A stretch of DNA of 64,000 nt. Source: Escherichia coli. Its GTDB lineage: Bacteria > Pseudomonadota > Gammaproteobacteria > Enterobacterales > Enterobacteriaceae. Location of the stretch: NCBI RefSeq assembly GCF_044324875.1, contig NZ_CP172185.1. One strand, written 5' to 3'. A program made the translations under genes and the position numbers. The notes under the pieces were generated by a model. It ran no database searches, was not told the origin of the DNA, and saw only the letters and a program-made list of their open reading frames with translations. Within the stretch, counting starts at the first letter, position 1, and every line of letters begins with the position of its first letter. Shown piece after piece: positions 32,631 through 50,937 of this stretch.

Positions 32631-33824
32631 ATGAACAAAAACAGAGGGTTTACGCCTCTGGCGGTCGTTCTGATGCTCTCAGGCAGCTTAGCCCTAACAG
32701 GATGTGACGACAAACAGGCCCAACAAGGTGGCCAGCAGATGCCCGCCGTTGGCGTAGTAACAGTCAAAACTGAACCTCTGCAGATCACAACCGAGCTTCC
32801 GGGTCGCACCAGTGCCTACCGGATCGCAGAAGTTCGTCCTCAAGTTAGCGGGATTATCCTGAAGCGTAATTTCAAAGAAGGTAGCGACATCGAAGCAGGT
32901 GTCTCTCTCTATCAGATTGATCCTGCGACCTATCAGGCGGCATACGACAGCGCGAAAGGCGATCTGGCGAAAGCCCAGGCTGCAGCCAATATCGCGCAAT
33001 TGACGGTGAATCGTTATCAGAAATTGCTCGGTACTCAGTACATCAGTAAGCAAGAGTACGATCAGGCTCTGGCTGATGCGCAACAGGCGAATGCTGCGGT
33101 CACTGCGGCGAAAGCTGCCGTTGAAACTGCGCGGATCAATCTGGCTTACACCAAAGTCACCTCTCCGATTAGCGGTCGCATTGGTAAGTCGAACGTGACA
33201 GAAGGCGCATTGGTACAGAACGGTCAGGCGACTGCGCTGGCAACCGTGCAGCAACTTGATCCGATCTACGTTGATGTGACCCAGTCCAGCAACGACTTCC
33301 TGCGCCTGAAACAGGAACTGGCAAATGGCACGCTGAAACAAGAGAACGGCAAAGCCAAAGTGTCGCTGATCACCAGTGACGGCATTAAGTTCCCGCAGGA
33401 CGGTACGCTGGAATTCTCTGACGTTACCGTTGATCAGACCACCGGGTCTATCACTCTACGCGCTATCTTCCCGAACCCGGATCACACTCTGCTGCCGGGT
33501 ATGTTCGTACGTGCACGTCTGGAAGAAGGGCTTAATCCAAACGCTATTTTAGTCCCGCAACAGGGCGTAACCCGTACGCCGCGTGGCGATGCCACCGTAC
33601 TGGTGGTTGGCGCGGATGACAAAGTGGAAACCCGTCCGATCGTTGCAAGCCAGGCTATCGGCGATAAGTGGCTGGTGACAGAAGGTCTGAAAGCAGGCGA
33701 TCGCGTAGTAATAAGTGGGCTGCAGAAAGTGCGTCCTGGTGTCCAGGTAAAAGCACAAGAAGTTACCGCTGATAATAACCAGCAAGCCGCAAGCGGTGCT
33801 CAGCCTGAACAGTCCAAGTCTTAA
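32631..33824 (+). CDS. acrA: Multidrug efflux periplasmic adaptor (lipoprotein)
   Basis: 397 aa from MNKNRGFTPLAVVLMLSGSLALTGC with a lipobox. Confidence 0.97.
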   Translation: MNKNRGFTPLAVVLMLSGSLALTGCDDKQAQQGGQQMPAVGVVTVKTEPLQITTELPGRTSAYRIAEVRPQVSGIILKRNFKEGSDIEAGVSLYQIDPATYQAAYDSAKGDLAKAQAAANIAQLTVNRYQKLLGTQYISKQEYDQALADAQQANAAVTAAKAAVETARINLAYTKVTSPISGRIGKSNVTEGALVQNGQATALATVQQLDPIYVDVTQSSNDFLRLKQELANGTLKQENGKAKVSLITSDGIKFPQDGTLEFSDVTVDQTTGSITLRAIFPNPDHTLLPGMFVRARLEEGLNPNAILVPQQGVTRTPRGDATVLVVGADDKVETRPIVASQAIGDKWLVTEGLKAGDRVVISGLQKVRPGVQVKAQEVTADNNQQAASGAQPEQSKS

Positions 33825-33843
33825 CTTAAACAGGAGCCGTTAA

Positions 33844-36996
<3,153 letters not shown>

Positions 36997-37014
36997 TACA
37001 ACGTGTAATCACTA

Positions 37015-37038
37015 AGGCCGCGCAAGCGGCCTTTTTTA
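37015..37038 (+). terminator. Intrinsic terminator after acrB
   Basis: aaggccgcgcaagcggcc + T6. Confidence 0.7.
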
Positions 37039-37541
37039 TGCATAACCGACGAACATTAAGGAGTCATTGAACCACCAACTCAGGATCTCATACGAAAACC
37101 AGTATTAACCTCGCATAAAATTCATAAAAAATACTGATTGTTAGTTAATTTATATTAAGTAGCGCTAATAGATTTAATAATCCATAATCATTTAGAGGCT
37201 ATTCTTAATTATTTGCGGTAATTCTTTATTCATTCCTCGGTTATTACGTCATATTCAGAGCAATCCTGGTATTAGTGTCACCAATTTCATCTGGCGATAA
37301 TCCTGAAATGTTATGAATAGTTCGAGCAGACTGCTTTTACCTGCTGCGGGTTAGTGCTAGTATGAAAAAATGAGTCCTGTCCCGCTTCCTTCCTAATTGT
37401 AATTTTTCGTAATAATGCGATGAAAACCTGCAAAGAGTGGCTTATAGTTAAGCTAACAAACGAGAGGGCAAGTCCAGGTCAGTAAGTTTTTTCCATCCCG
37501 AAAGGTGTCCGTTAGTTCAACCACTAAGAAGGGGACGCGTT

Positions 37542-37916
37542 ATGGATGAATACTCACCCAAAAGACATGATATCGCACAGCTTAAGTTTCTCTGTGAAAC
37601 CCTGTATCATGACTGTCTTGCAAACCTTGAAGAAAGCAATCATGGCTGGGTTAACGACCCAACCTCGGCGATCAACCTCCAGTTGAATGAACTGATTGAG
37701 CATATTGCGACCTTCGCACTTAATTACAAAATTAAGTATAATGAAGACAATAAGCTCATTGAGCAGATCGACGAATATCTGGATGACACCTTTATGTTGT
37801 TCAGCAGTTATGGTATTAATATGCAGGATCTTCAGAAATGGCGGAAGTCAGGTAATCGACTATTCCGTTGTTTTGTCAATGCGACGAAAGAGAATCCTGC
37901 GAGTTTATCTTGTTAG
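37542..37916 (+). CDS. tomB: Hha toxicity modulator TomB
   Basis: 124 aa, immediately upstream of hha. Confidence 0.93.
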
Positions 37917-37941
37917 AATTATTACAACCATGGGTAGAAGT

Positions 37942-38160
37942 ATGTCCGAAAAACCTTTAACAAAAACCGATTATTTAATGCGTTTACGTCGTTGCCAGAC
38001 AATTGACACGCTGGAGCGTGTTATCGAGAAAAATAAATACGAATTATCAGATAATGAACTGGCGGTATTTTACTCAGCCGCAGATCACCGCCTCGCCGAA
38101 TTGACCATGAATAAACTGTACGACAAGATCCCTTCCTCAGTATGGAAATTTATTCGCTAA
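37942..38160 (+). CDS. hha: Haemolysin expression modulator Hha (H-NS co-regulator)
   Basis: 72 aa, [27 protein letters not shown]... Confidence 0.95.
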
Positions 38161-38331
38161 TAAATAATTCGCCTTCGGAGCTATAACCGGCTGTTTATTA
38201 AGAATTTTATACTTTTTCGCCATGAAGACATACCCTATGTGATCTTTATCACACAGATGTAATGGGAACGTTCTCTTCACTGACTTTTCGTCTTACTGTG
38301 TTGCCGCATTTTCAGCAACCGGAGGTCAGTA

Positions 38332-38883
38332 ATGAGCACAGAAAAAGAAAAGATGATTGCTGGTGAGTTGTATCGCTCGGCAGATGAGACGTTATCTCGC
38401 GATCGCCTGCGCGCTCGTCAGCTTATTCTCCGATACAATCATTCCCTGGCGGAAGAGCACACATTACGCCAGCAAATTCTCACTGATTTATTCGGTCAGG
38501 TGACAGAGGCTTATATTGAGCCAACGTTTCGCTGTGATTATGGCTATAACATTTTTCTCGGCAATAATTTTTTCGCCAACTTCGATTGCGTGATGCTTGA
38601 TGTCTGCCCTATTCGCATCGGTGATAACTGTATGTTGGCACCAGGCGTTCATATCTACACGGCAACACATCCCATCGACCCTGTAGCACGTAATAGCGGT
38701 GCTGAACTGGGGAAACCCGTCACCATCGGTAATAACGTCTGGATTGGCGGACGCGCGGTCATTAACCCTGGTGTGACCATTGGTGATAACGTCGTGGTAG
38801 CCTCAGGTGCAGTTGTCACAAAAGATGTCCCGGACAACGTTGTCGTGGGCGGTAATCCAGCCAGAATAATTAAAAAATTGTAA
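38332..38883 (+). CDS. maa: Maltose O-acetyltransferase
   Basis: 183 aa with hexapeptide-repeat acetyltransferase signature. Confidence 0.95.
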   Translation: MSTEKEKMIAGELYRSADETLSRDRLRARQLILRYNHSLAEEHTLRQQILTDLFGQVTEAYIEPTFRCDYGYNIFLGNNFFANFDCVMLDVCPIRIGDNCMLAPGVHIYTATHPIDPVARNSGAELGKPVTIGNNVWIGGRAVINPGVTIGDNVVVASGAVVTKDVPDNVVVGGNPARIIKKL

Positions 38884-38999
38884 TCGGTTTTTTCGCAACT
38901 GTTATGCAAAATTGTGGCAAATCTGTTACTTCCCCTCTACTATTCCCACGTTAAAATAGGGTGTTCCCTGGAAAGTTGCAGATACCACGAAGGCAAACG

Positions 39000-39470
39000 A
39001 TGACCGAAATACAACGCCTGCTGACCGAAACAATTGAGTCTCTAAATACCCGCGAAAAACGCGACAACAAACCCCGCTTTAGTATCAGTTTTATCCGTAA
39101 ACATCCGGGGCTGTTTATCGGTATGTACGTTGCTTTTTTTGCCACCCTGGCAGTGATGTTGCAGTCCGAAACGCTGTCAGGCTCTGTCTGGCTACTGGTT
39201 GTATTATTTATCCTGCTTAATGGTTTCTTCTTTTTCGATGTCTACCCACGCTACCGCTATGAAGATATCGACGTGCTGGATTTCCGCGTTTGCTATAACG
39301 GCGAATGGTACAACACGCGCTTTGTACCTGCCGCGCTGGTTGAAGCCATCTTGAACTCTCCGCGTGTCGCGGATGTTCATAAAGAACAACTGCAAAAAAT
39401 GATCGTCCGTAAAGGTGAACTGTCTTTTTACGATATTTTTACCCTCGCTCGCGCCGAATCAACATCTTAA
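39000..39470 (+). CDS. ylaC: Inner-membrane protein YlaC
   Basis: 156 aa from MTEIQRLL. Confidence 0.88.
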
Positions 39471-39627
39471 GTTAGGGTTACATACCAGGCGTAAAGCTCT
39501 GCGCCTGGTCAAATGACAACGTTCGTTTCCACCCATCCCTTCATGAAATCCCGGCTCTACCTCCTTATCTCCTGCCAGCCTTTTTCCACAATCGGATATA
39601 CTTTCTCTACACTGTGTTAATAAGGAT

Positions 39628-41184
39628 ATGCTGGTGAGAACACGACATCTGGTCGGCCTTATTTCGGGAGTGCTGATTCTTTCAGTATTGCTGCCTGTCG
39701 GCTTAAGCATCTGGCTGGCCCATCAGCAGGTAGAAACATCATTTATTGAAGAGCTGAATACGTATTCCTCCCGCGTCGCTATTCGGGCCAATAAGGTGGC
39801 GACACAAGGGAAAGATGCGCTGCAAGAGCTGGAAAGATGGCAAGGCGCTGCCTGTAGCGAAGCCCATCTCATGGAAATGCGTCGGGTATCTTACAGTTAT
39901 CGCTATATTCAGGAAGTGGTTTATATCGATAACAACGTTCCCCAGTGTTCGTCTCTGGAGCATGAAAGCCCGCCCGATACCTTCCCCGAGCCAGGTAAAA
40001 TTTCGAAAGATGGTTATCGTGTCTGGTTAACATCGCATAACGATTTAGGCATTATCCGTTACATGGTTGCCATGGGAATGGCACATTATGTCGTCATGAT
40101 CGACCCCGCTTCCTTTATTGATGTCATTCCCTATAGCTCATGGCAAATTGATGCCGCCATTATTGGTAATGCCCATAACGTTGTGATAACCAGCAGCGAT
40201 GAAATTGCTCAGGGAATTATTACCAGACTACAAAAAACACCCGGTGAGCATATCGAAAATAATGGAATCATTTACGATATCCTGCCCTTCCCGGAAATGA
40301 ATATTTCGATCATCACCTGGGCTTCAACGAAAATGTTGCAGAAAGGCTGGCATCGGCAAGTCTTTATTTGGTTACCGCTCGGGTTGGTGATTGGCCTACT
40401 GGCAGCAATGTTTGTGCTGCGTATTTTGCGCCGTATCCAGTCACCGCATCATCGGCTGCAGGATGCTATTGAAAATCGTGATATTTGCGTGCACTATCAG
40501 CCGATTGTCTCCTTAGCCAATGGCAAAATTGTCGGTGCTGAGGCACTGGCGCGCTGGCCGCAGACAGACGGTAGTTGGTTATCACCAGATAGTTTTATTC
40601 CGCTGGCACAGCAAACGAGCCTTTCTGAGCCATTGACGCTACTGATTATAAGAAGCGTCTTTGAAGATATGGGCGACTGGCTGCGTCAGCATCCGCAGCA
40701 GCATATTTCGATCAATCTTGAATCCACCGTGCTCACCTCGGAAAAAATCCCGCAATTGCTGCGTGAAATGATCAATCACTATCAGGTTAATCCCAGACAG
40801 ATCGCGCTTGAACTCACTGAACGCGAGTTTGCCGATCCGAAAACCAGCGCCCCGATAATTTCTCGCTACCGGGAGGCGGGCCATGAAATTTATCTTGATG
40901 ATTTTGGTACGGGGTATTCAAGTTTAAGTTATTTACAGGATCTGGATGTCGACATTCTGAAGATCGATAAATCTTTCGTTGATGCGCTGGAATATAAAAA
41001 TGTCACGCCGCATATCATCGAAATGGCAAAAACACTGAAACTGAAAATGGTAGCGGAGGGAATCGAAACCAGTAAGCAAGAAGAGTGGTTACGCCAGCAT
41101 GGCGTGCACTACGGTCAGGGCTGGCTCTACAGCAAGGCATTACCGAAAGAAGATTTCTTACGCTGGGCCGAGCAACATTTGTGA
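39628..41184 (+). CDS. pdeB: c-di-GMP phosphodiesterase (CSS-motif sensor plus EAL domain)
   Basis: About 518 aa; EAL-domain motifs in the C-terminal half. The start may be a few codons downstream. Confidence 0.9.
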   Translation: MLVRTRHLVGLISGVLILSVLLPVGLSIWLAHQQVETSFIEELNTYSSRVAIRANKVATQGKDALQELERWQGAACSEAHLMEMRRVSYSYRYIQEVVYIDNNVPQCSSLEHESPPDTFPEPGKISKDGYRVWLTSHNDLGIIRYMVAMGMAHYVVMIDPASFIDVIPYSSWQIDAAIIGNAHNVVITSSDEIAQGIITRLQKTPGEHIENNGIIYDILPFPEMNISIITWASTKMLQKGWHRQVFIWLPLGLVIGLLAAMFVLRILRRIQSPHHRLQDAIENRDICVHYQPIVSLANGKIVGAEALARWPQTDGSWLSPDSFIPLAQQTSLSEPLTLLIIRSVFEDMGDWLRQHPQQHISINLESTVLTSEKIPQLLREMINHYQVNPRQIALELTEREFADPKTSAPIISRYREAGHEIYLDDFGTGYSSLSYLQDLDVDILKIDKSFVDALEYKNVTPHIIEMAKTLKLKMVAEGIETSKQEEWLRQHGVHYGQGWLYSKALPKEDFLRWAEQHL

Positions 41185-41225
41185 ATTGTAGGGCTGACGG
41201 CACGCCGCACAGCCCGTCACGCTAC

Positions 41226-41579
41226 CTATTCGTCGATGATTGACTCGAATCCGCCATAAATCATTCGCTTACCATCAAACGGCATGGACTCGCCGAACTC
41301 TTTCATCCGTGGGTCCGACATCATCTTTTGATTAGCAGCGTCGCGGACCTCTTTTGAGGGGTATTCAATCCAGCTAAAGACAACCTCTTCATTCTCTTCA
41401 GCTTTTACCGCCATACGAAAATCGGTCACTTTGCCATCAGGTACATCGCTGGCCCAGCATTCGACAATACGAAGCGCGCCAAACTCTTTAAACAATGGCG
41501 CAGCCTTAGCAGCCATTTCCCGATAGGCATCCTTTTTATCGGCAGGAACGGCAACCACAAAACCATCAACATACTTCAT
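41226..41579 (-). CDS. ybaA: DUF1428 protein YbaA
   Basis: 117-aa ORF matching YbaA. Confidence 0.9.
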   Translation of the reverse strand: MKYVDGFVVAVPADKKDAYREMAAKAAPLFKEFGALRIVECWASDVPDGKVTDFRMAVKAEENEEVVFSWIEYPSKEVRDAANQKMMSDPRMKEFGESMPFDGKRMIYGGFESIIDE

Positions 41580-41689
41580 CAGACATACCTCCGAAGCGTA
41601 CTGCGCAGCCAGACAATTCTTGCGACGTCAGTTGTGGTTAAAGTTTAGCCATATTGGGATTTTTTGACGAAACGGGGGGAGGCAGAAAT

Positions 41690-41803
41690 GGGTGGGGGCC
41701 CTGCCAGCTACATCCCGGCACACGCGTCATCTGCCTTGGCTGCTTCCTTCCGGACCTGACCTGGTAAACAGAGTAGCGTTGCGGGAGAACCAACAGAGCC
41801 CCC
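41690..41803 (-). ncRNA. ffs: 4.5S RNA (SRP RNA)
   Basis: Reverse complement reads GGGGGCTCTGTTGGTTCTCCCGCAACGCTACTCTGTTTACCAGGTCAGGTCCGGAAGGAAGCAGCC...GGGCCCCCACC. Ends are accurate to about 1 nt. Confidence 0.95.
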
Positions 41804-41879
41804 ATTGAGAGCGTTGAGAACCAACGCGCAGGCGCATTATCACTGCTGCCCCGGCTAATTGCAACCCATTGCGTGCCGG

Positions 41880-42269
41880 ATGCTGGTTTCTTGCGCAATG
41901 CGACTTCACTCGGGCGTTTTTCCAGATTATGCTGAAAAATTACCTCAGGAAGAAAAGATGGAAAAAGAAGATTCATTTCCCCAACGCGTCTGGCAAATCG
42001 TCGCCGCTATTCCCGAAGGCTATGTCACCACTTACGGTGATGTGGCGAAACTGGCAGGATCGCCCCGCGCCGCGCGCCAGGTGGGCGGTGTGTTAAAGCG
42101 TCTCCCTGAAGGCAGCACCTTGCCCTGGCACCGGGTGGTTAATCGCCACGGCACAATTTCGCTAACCGGACCGGATTTACAGCGTCAACGACAGGCATTA
42201 CTGGCAGAAGGTGTGATGGTATCGGGAAGCGGGCAAATCGACTTGCAGCGTTATCGCTGGAACTACTAA
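41880..42269 (+). CDS. atl: Alkyltransferase-like DNA-binding protein
   Basis: 129 aa from ATG 41880; the track ORF begins 7 codons earlier. Confidence 0.9.
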   Translation: MLVSCAMRLHSGVFPDYAEKLPQEEKMEKEDSFPQRVWQIVAAIPEGYVTTYGDVAKLAGSPRAARQVGGVLKRLPEGSTLPWHRVVNRHGTISLTGPDLQRQRQALLAEGVMVSGSGQIDLQRYRWNY

Positions 42270-42291
42270 CCCTCTCCGGGCGGAGAGGGTT
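42268..42291. terminator. Bidirectional terminator hairpin between atl and ybaY
   Basis: aaccctctccgggcggagagggtt, a perfect palindrome between convergent genes. Confidence 0.6.
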
Positions 42292-42299
42292 AACTGCGC

Positions 42300-42872
42300 T
42301 TAATATTGCGTAGGAGCTGGAACTGCCGAAGACGGATTCACCTGAGTTGGTGAAGTTGAAGGTACGGTAGTCGTTGCGCCACCGCTGGCCTGAACCGGCA
42401 CGGCGGTTTGCTGCACCGGCACCAATGTCAGGTCGGCTTTAGTTCCGCCCTTGTTGATAACCGGCTGAACGGTATCGGTAATAAATACCAGTTTGTCATT
42501 CACGGTAATCGCCGCACTCAACAGAATACGCGCGTTCGGCTGAACATCTGCCGGGTTAAATGGCAGAACAAAGCTAAATGGTGACTGTTTACCTTCGGTA
42601 CGCACCGCTTTCTGCGCCAGCACTTTTGACGGTGCATCGGCTAACGACGCGTCAGAAAGTGTCACGGTCAGCACAGCATCAGGCGGCAGTGCGACTTTCT
42701 GACGGATCCAGACGGTACCGGAGACATTCGGTTGCTGGATAGCAGGTTGTTGTGTTGCTGAAATAGACGTATTTGCAGCCGGTGCTGGCGTCTGAATATC
42801 CGCGCTTTTATCTGCGCAAGCCGCCAACGCAATCGCAACCGCTAAACCACTGGCCATGTGCACGAGTTTCAT
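42300..42872 (-). CDS. ybaY: Lipoprotein YbaY
   Basis: 190 aa; signal peptide with lipobox (LAAC). Confidence 0.92.
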   Translation of the reverse strand: MKLVHMASGLAVAIALAACADKSADIQTPAPAANTSISATQQPAIQQPNVSGTVWIRQKVALPPDAVLTVTLSDASLADAPSKVLAQKAVRTEGKQSPFSFVLPFNPADVQPNARILLSAAITVNDKLVFITDTVQPVINKGGTKADLTLVPVQQTAVPVQASGGATTTVPSTSPTQVNPSSAVPAPTQY

Positions 42873-43088
42873 TCACTTCTCCTTATTATCAATGCACCAG
42901 CGGGCTAACTTTCCTCGCCGGAGAGTGGTTAACAAAATAGTAACGTCAACAAGTGTGGCACACATCACGCATTTCTGCCTGTAATTAGCCCGTAATTCAG
43001 ACCATTGCACCCATCGGACCAGTGGCAAATTTGCGTTATACTCAACTCACTTTGGCTTGCTGCGGCAGCTTTGTTACTGGAGAGTTAT

Positions 43089-43949
43089 ATGAGTCAGGCG
43101 CTAAAAAATTTACTGACATTGTTAAATCTGGAAAAAATTGAGGAAGGACTCTTTCGCGGCCAGAGTGAAGATTTAGGTTTACGCCAGGTGTTTGGCGGCC
43201 AGGTCGTGGGTCAGGCCTTGTATGCTGCAAAAGAGACCGTCCCTGAAGAGCGGCTGGTACATTCGTTTCACAGCTACTTTCTTCGCCCAGGCGATAGTAA
43301 GAAACCGATTATTTATGATGTCGAAACGCTGCGTGACGGTAACAGCTTCAGCGCCCGCCGGGTTGCTGCTATTCAAAACGGCAAACCGATTTTTTATATG
43401 ACTGCCTCTTTCCAGGCACCAGAAGCGGGTTTCGAACATCAAAAAACAATGCCGTCCGCGCCAGCGCCTGATGGCCTGCCTTCGGAAACGCAAATCGCCC
43501 AATCGCTGGCGCACCTGCTGCCGCCAGTGCTGAAAGATAAATTCATCTGCGATCGTCCGCTTGAAGTCCGTCCGGTGGAGTTTCATAACCCACTGAAAGG
43601 GCACGTCGCAGAACCGCATCGTCAGGTGTGGATCCGCGCAAATGGTAGCGTGCCGGATGATCTGCGCGTTCATCAGTATCTGCTCGGTTACGCTTCTGAT
43701 CTTAACTTCCTGCCGGTAGCTCTACAGCCGCACGGCATCGGTTTTCTCGAACCGGGGATTCAGATTGCCACCATTGACCATTCCATGTGGTTCCATCGCC
43801 CGTTTAATTTGAATGAATGGCTGCTGTATAGCGTGGAGAGCACCTCGGCGTCCAGCGCACGCGGCTTTGTGCGCGGTGAGTTTTATACCCAGGACGGCGT
43901 GCTGGTTGCCTCGACCGTTCAGGAAGGGGTGATGCGTAATCACAATTAA
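43089..43949 (+). CDS. tesB: Acyl-CoA thioesterase II
   Basis: 286 aa from [24 protein letters not shown]. Confidence 0.96.
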
Positions 43950-43988
43950 AAAAATAGCCGGAGGTGAAAACCGTCCGGCTGTTTTTTG
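43950..43988. terminator. Terminator hairpin between tesB and amtB
   Basis: agccggaggtgaaaaccgtccggct followed by gttttttg, preceded by an A-run. Confidence 0.65.
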
Positions 43989-43997
43989 CAGTGCTTG

Positions 43998-45284
43998 TTA
44001 CGCGTTATAGGCATTCTCGCCGTGGCTGTTGACGTCCAGCCCTTCTCGCTCTTGTTCTTCCGGCACACGCAGGCCAACCGTCAGATCCGCCAGTTTGTAG
44101 CCAATAAATGCCACCACACCGGACCAGACGATCGTAATGGCGATGCTTTCCAGCTGTACCAGCAACTGATGGCCCATCGTCACACCTTCAGCTAAGCCCA
44201 CGCCACCCAGCGAACTGGCGGCAAAAATCCCGGTCATGATACAGCCGACAATGCCACAAACGCCGTGCACACCGAAGACATCGCAGGGATCATCCACCCG
44301 CAGCAAGCGTTTGAGCATGGTAACGCCCCACAAGCCCGCTAGACCCGCTACCACGCCGATAATCAACGCGCCGCCAACCCCAATGTAGCCACAGGCTGGC
44401 GTCACGCCGACCAGACCGGCAATCGCGCCTGAACACGCTCCCAGCAGTGAAGGCTTACCACGCAGCGCCCATTCACCGAAGATCCAGCCAAGAATTGCCG
44501 CCGCCGTTGCGACCACAGTATTCACAAATGCCAGTGCTGCGATTTCATTCGCCGTGCCCGCTGACCCGGCGTTAAAGCCAAACCAACCGATATAGAGAAT
44601 GGCAGTCCCGGTGAAGACCATCGGCAGGTTGTGCGGTTTAAACGCCTCTTTGCCGAAGCCCACGCGTTTGCCTATCAGATATGCGCCCACCAGACCGGCG
44701 ATTGCGGCGTTAATGTGCACCACGGTGCCACCCGCGAAATCCAGTGCACCGTGAGAAGCCAGCAAACCGCCGCCCCAGACCATATGCGCAATCGGAATGT
44801 AAGAGAGCGTCAGCCATACCACCACGAAAATCAACACAGCTGAGAAGCGGATTCGTTCCGCCAGCGCCCCAACTATCAAGCCTACGGTAATGCAGGCAAA
44901 CGATCCCTGAAACGCTACGTGGATATACTGATAAATGCTGCCCATCACCGCCGTCAGTTCGATGTTTTTCAGCATCAACCAGTTAATGTTGCCGAAGAAG
45001 TTGTTTCCCTCACCAAACGCCAGCGAGTAACCGTAAACCACCCAGAGAATACAGACCAGTGCAAACGTCACCGTCACCTGCGTCAGCATCGACAGCACGT
45101 TTTTGCCGCGAATCAACCCACCGTAAAACAGGGCAATCCCCGGAATAGTCATAAACAGCACCAGCGCAGTACAAATCATCATAAACGCATTGTCGGCTTT
45201 ATCGGCCACCGCAGGTGCAGCCATTACCAGTCCCGGCAGCATCGCCAGTGAAGCAAGCCCAGTTTTTATCGTCGCTATCTTCAT
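43998..45284 (-). CDS. amtB: Ammonium transporter
   Basis: 428-aa ORF matching AmtB. Confidence 0.97.
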   Translation of the reverse strand: MKIATIKTGLASLAMLPGLVMAAPAVADKADNAFMMICTALVLFMTIPGIALFYGGLIRGKNVLSMLTQVTVTFALVCILWVVYGYSLAFGEGNNFFGNINWLMLKNIELTAVMGSIYQYIHVAFQGSFACITVGLIVGALAERIRFSAVLIFVVVWLTLSYIPIAHMVWGGGLLASHGALDFAGGTVVHINAAIAGLVGAYLIGKRVGFGKEAFKPHNLPMVFTGTAILYIGWFGFNAGSAGTANEIAALAFVNTVVATAAAILGWIFGEWALRGKPSLLGACSGAIAGLVGVTPACGYIGVGGALIIGVVAGLAGLWGVTMLKRLLRVDDPCDVFGVHGVCGIVGCIMTGIFAASSLGGVGLAEGVTMGHQLLVQLESIAITIVWSGVVAFIGYKLADLTVGLRVPEEQEREGLDVNSHGENAYNA

Positions 45285-45313
45285 TTTTCGTTCCTGTTGC
45301 TGTGTGCCAGAGA

Positions 45314-45652
45314 TTACAGCGCCGCTTCGTCGGCTTCGCCGGTACGAATACGAATGACGCGTTGCAATTCAGCGACGAAGATTTTGCCGTCGCCAATTTT
45401 TCCGGTGTAAGCCGCCTTACTGACGATATCGATCACTTCATCGAGTTGGTCATCAGCAATCGCCACATCAATTTTTACTTTTGGCAGGAAATTGACGCTG
45501 TATTCCGCCCCCCGGTACAGCTCGGCATGTCCTTTCTGACGCCCGAAACCTTTCACTTCGGTGACGGTCAGGCCCTGAATACCAATGGAAGATAACGCTT
45601 CACGAACGTCTTCCAGCTTGAATGGTTTGATTATCACGGTCACCAGCTTCAT
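45314..45652 (-). CDS. glnK: PII nitrogen regulatory protein GlnK
   Basis: 112 aa from MKLVTVIIKPFKLEDVREAL; co-operonic with amtB. Confidence 0.97.
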   Translation of the reverse strand: MKLVTVIIKPFKLEDVREALSSIGIQGLTVTEVKGFGRQKGHAELYRGAEYSVNFLPKVKIDVAIADDQLDEVIDIVSKAAYTGKIGDGKIFVAELQRVIRIRTGEADEAAL

Positions 45653-45832
45653 AGATCCCCTCCGGTCAGAATTCGGTAATGGTTCTGCTACACGAAGAAG
45701 GTATTGCAAGCGGTGTGCCAGAAATGAAAAACGAGAAAGAGAGCAGGAAGTTAAGAAGATTGAAAATGAAAACGCACTATGACAGTGCACAGTGCGTTAC
45801 ATTTTTGCACCAACGATGAAATATTGCGCTAT

Positions 45833-49379
<3,547 letters not shown>

Positions 49380-49408
49380 GCGTTGTGTCCTGACTTGATT
49401 CTGGATAT

Positions 49409-49867
49409 TTATTCGATGGGTAAAGAAGTGGTGTATTTAATCTGTTCCATCGCGAAGCTGGAAGTGACGTCCGACAGCCCCGGCACGCTGTTTACCAGAC
49501 GCTTATAAAACTCGTCGTAGCGTTTCATGTCGGCAACCTGGACGCGCATCAGATAATCGTATTCACCAGCCATGCGCCAGAACCCCAGCACTTCTGGCAT
49601 TTCGGTAACCACCGTGACAAAGCGGCAATACCATTCGCTGCTGTGATGTTGCGTTTTTATCAGCACAAAGGCGGTCAGGCCGAGGCCTATTTTTTCCGGA
49701 TCCAGCAGGGCGACTTTGCCGATAAGGATACCGTCGTCCTCCAGCCGTTTCAGACGCTTCCAGCACGGGGTGGTTGTCAGATTAACGGCTTCAGCCAGTG
49801 CCTGCAAAGAGAGGGTGCAATCCTGCTGTAGTAAGGCCAGCAGCTTACGGTCAATTTTATCTAACAT
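49409..49867 (-). CDS. decR: Lrp/AsnC-family transcriptional regulator
   Basis: 152 aa from [16 protein letters not shown]; the track ORF carries a long spurious 5' extension. Confidence 0.92.
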
Positions 49868-50019
49868 AGCCCTTCCACAGAGAATTTTTTTCTCTTTTAA
49901 TTCTATTTTAAAGGTGAAATCGCGACAATTTATTCTGTGCGGTTTAAACACCACGGCACAAAATGACAAATTCAACGCAAAAAAAACCGGGCAATTGCCC
50001 GGTGCTGGAAGGGATCTCG

Positions 50020-50838
50020 TTATTCGGGGGAATAAGGTAGATGTGGATAGTCCAGCCAGTGCGTCAAATAGTGAGAGACAGCCTGATTTCGGCAATGTCC
50101 AATCACCGGTAAATGCGGGAGTTCCGCGCGCAGTTGCGGCATCGCATTGCCCATAATAAAGCCGCTACCGACGCTGCCTAACATTTCGCGATCGTTCATC
50201 GCATCACCAAAGGCCATGCAATCGCGCAACGATAAACCTAAATGTTGGGTCAGCACCGTCAATGCAGCGCCTTTATTGCAGCCCACCGGCAGCACTTCGA
50301 GGCAATCCGTGGCGGAAAAACACAAATGTGCACGCTCGCCTAATGCTTCGTGTAGCTGGATCTGCAAGCGTGTAAGATCGTCGTGATCGCCACAGAAGCA
50401 GATCTTGGTGACGCTGCCGAGTGGCATTTTTTTGACATCGATTATCTGATAACGAAAACCGCTATAGACAAATGCCTGCAACAACGCAGGGTTCTCTTTC
50501 CCGGTAAACCAACCATCGTCATTGAAGATATGCATGCTGGCTCGGGTATCCCATTGCTGATACAGCACCAGCTCCGCGACATCCGCAGGTAAATCATCAC
50601 GATGTAAAAGTTCACCTTCCAGAGAATGCACGCGCGTTCCGTTGCCAGTAATCAAATATGCATCCAGCGATAGCGCCCCGAGAATATGCTGCATCTCCAG
50701 CGCATGACGCCCCGTGGCAAAAGTGAGGGTAATGTCGCGTTCACGCAGTCGCGCCAAAGTAGAGAGGGTTTTCTCACCTAAATGATGGTCAGGCATCAAT
50801 AAAGTGCCATCCATATCAAATGCTGCCAGACGAGCCAT
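50020..50838 (-). CDS. cof: HMP-PP phosphatase (HAD family)
   Basis: 272 aa from [14 protein letters not shown]. Confidence 0.94.
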
Positions 50839-50937
50839 TTCTTTCTCCACTCTGTGACACGGTTAATGGTGATTGAGTATCACCTGATATATACGGAAGT
50901 AATAGTGAATAGTTAAATAATATTGTTCCGGGTTTAT

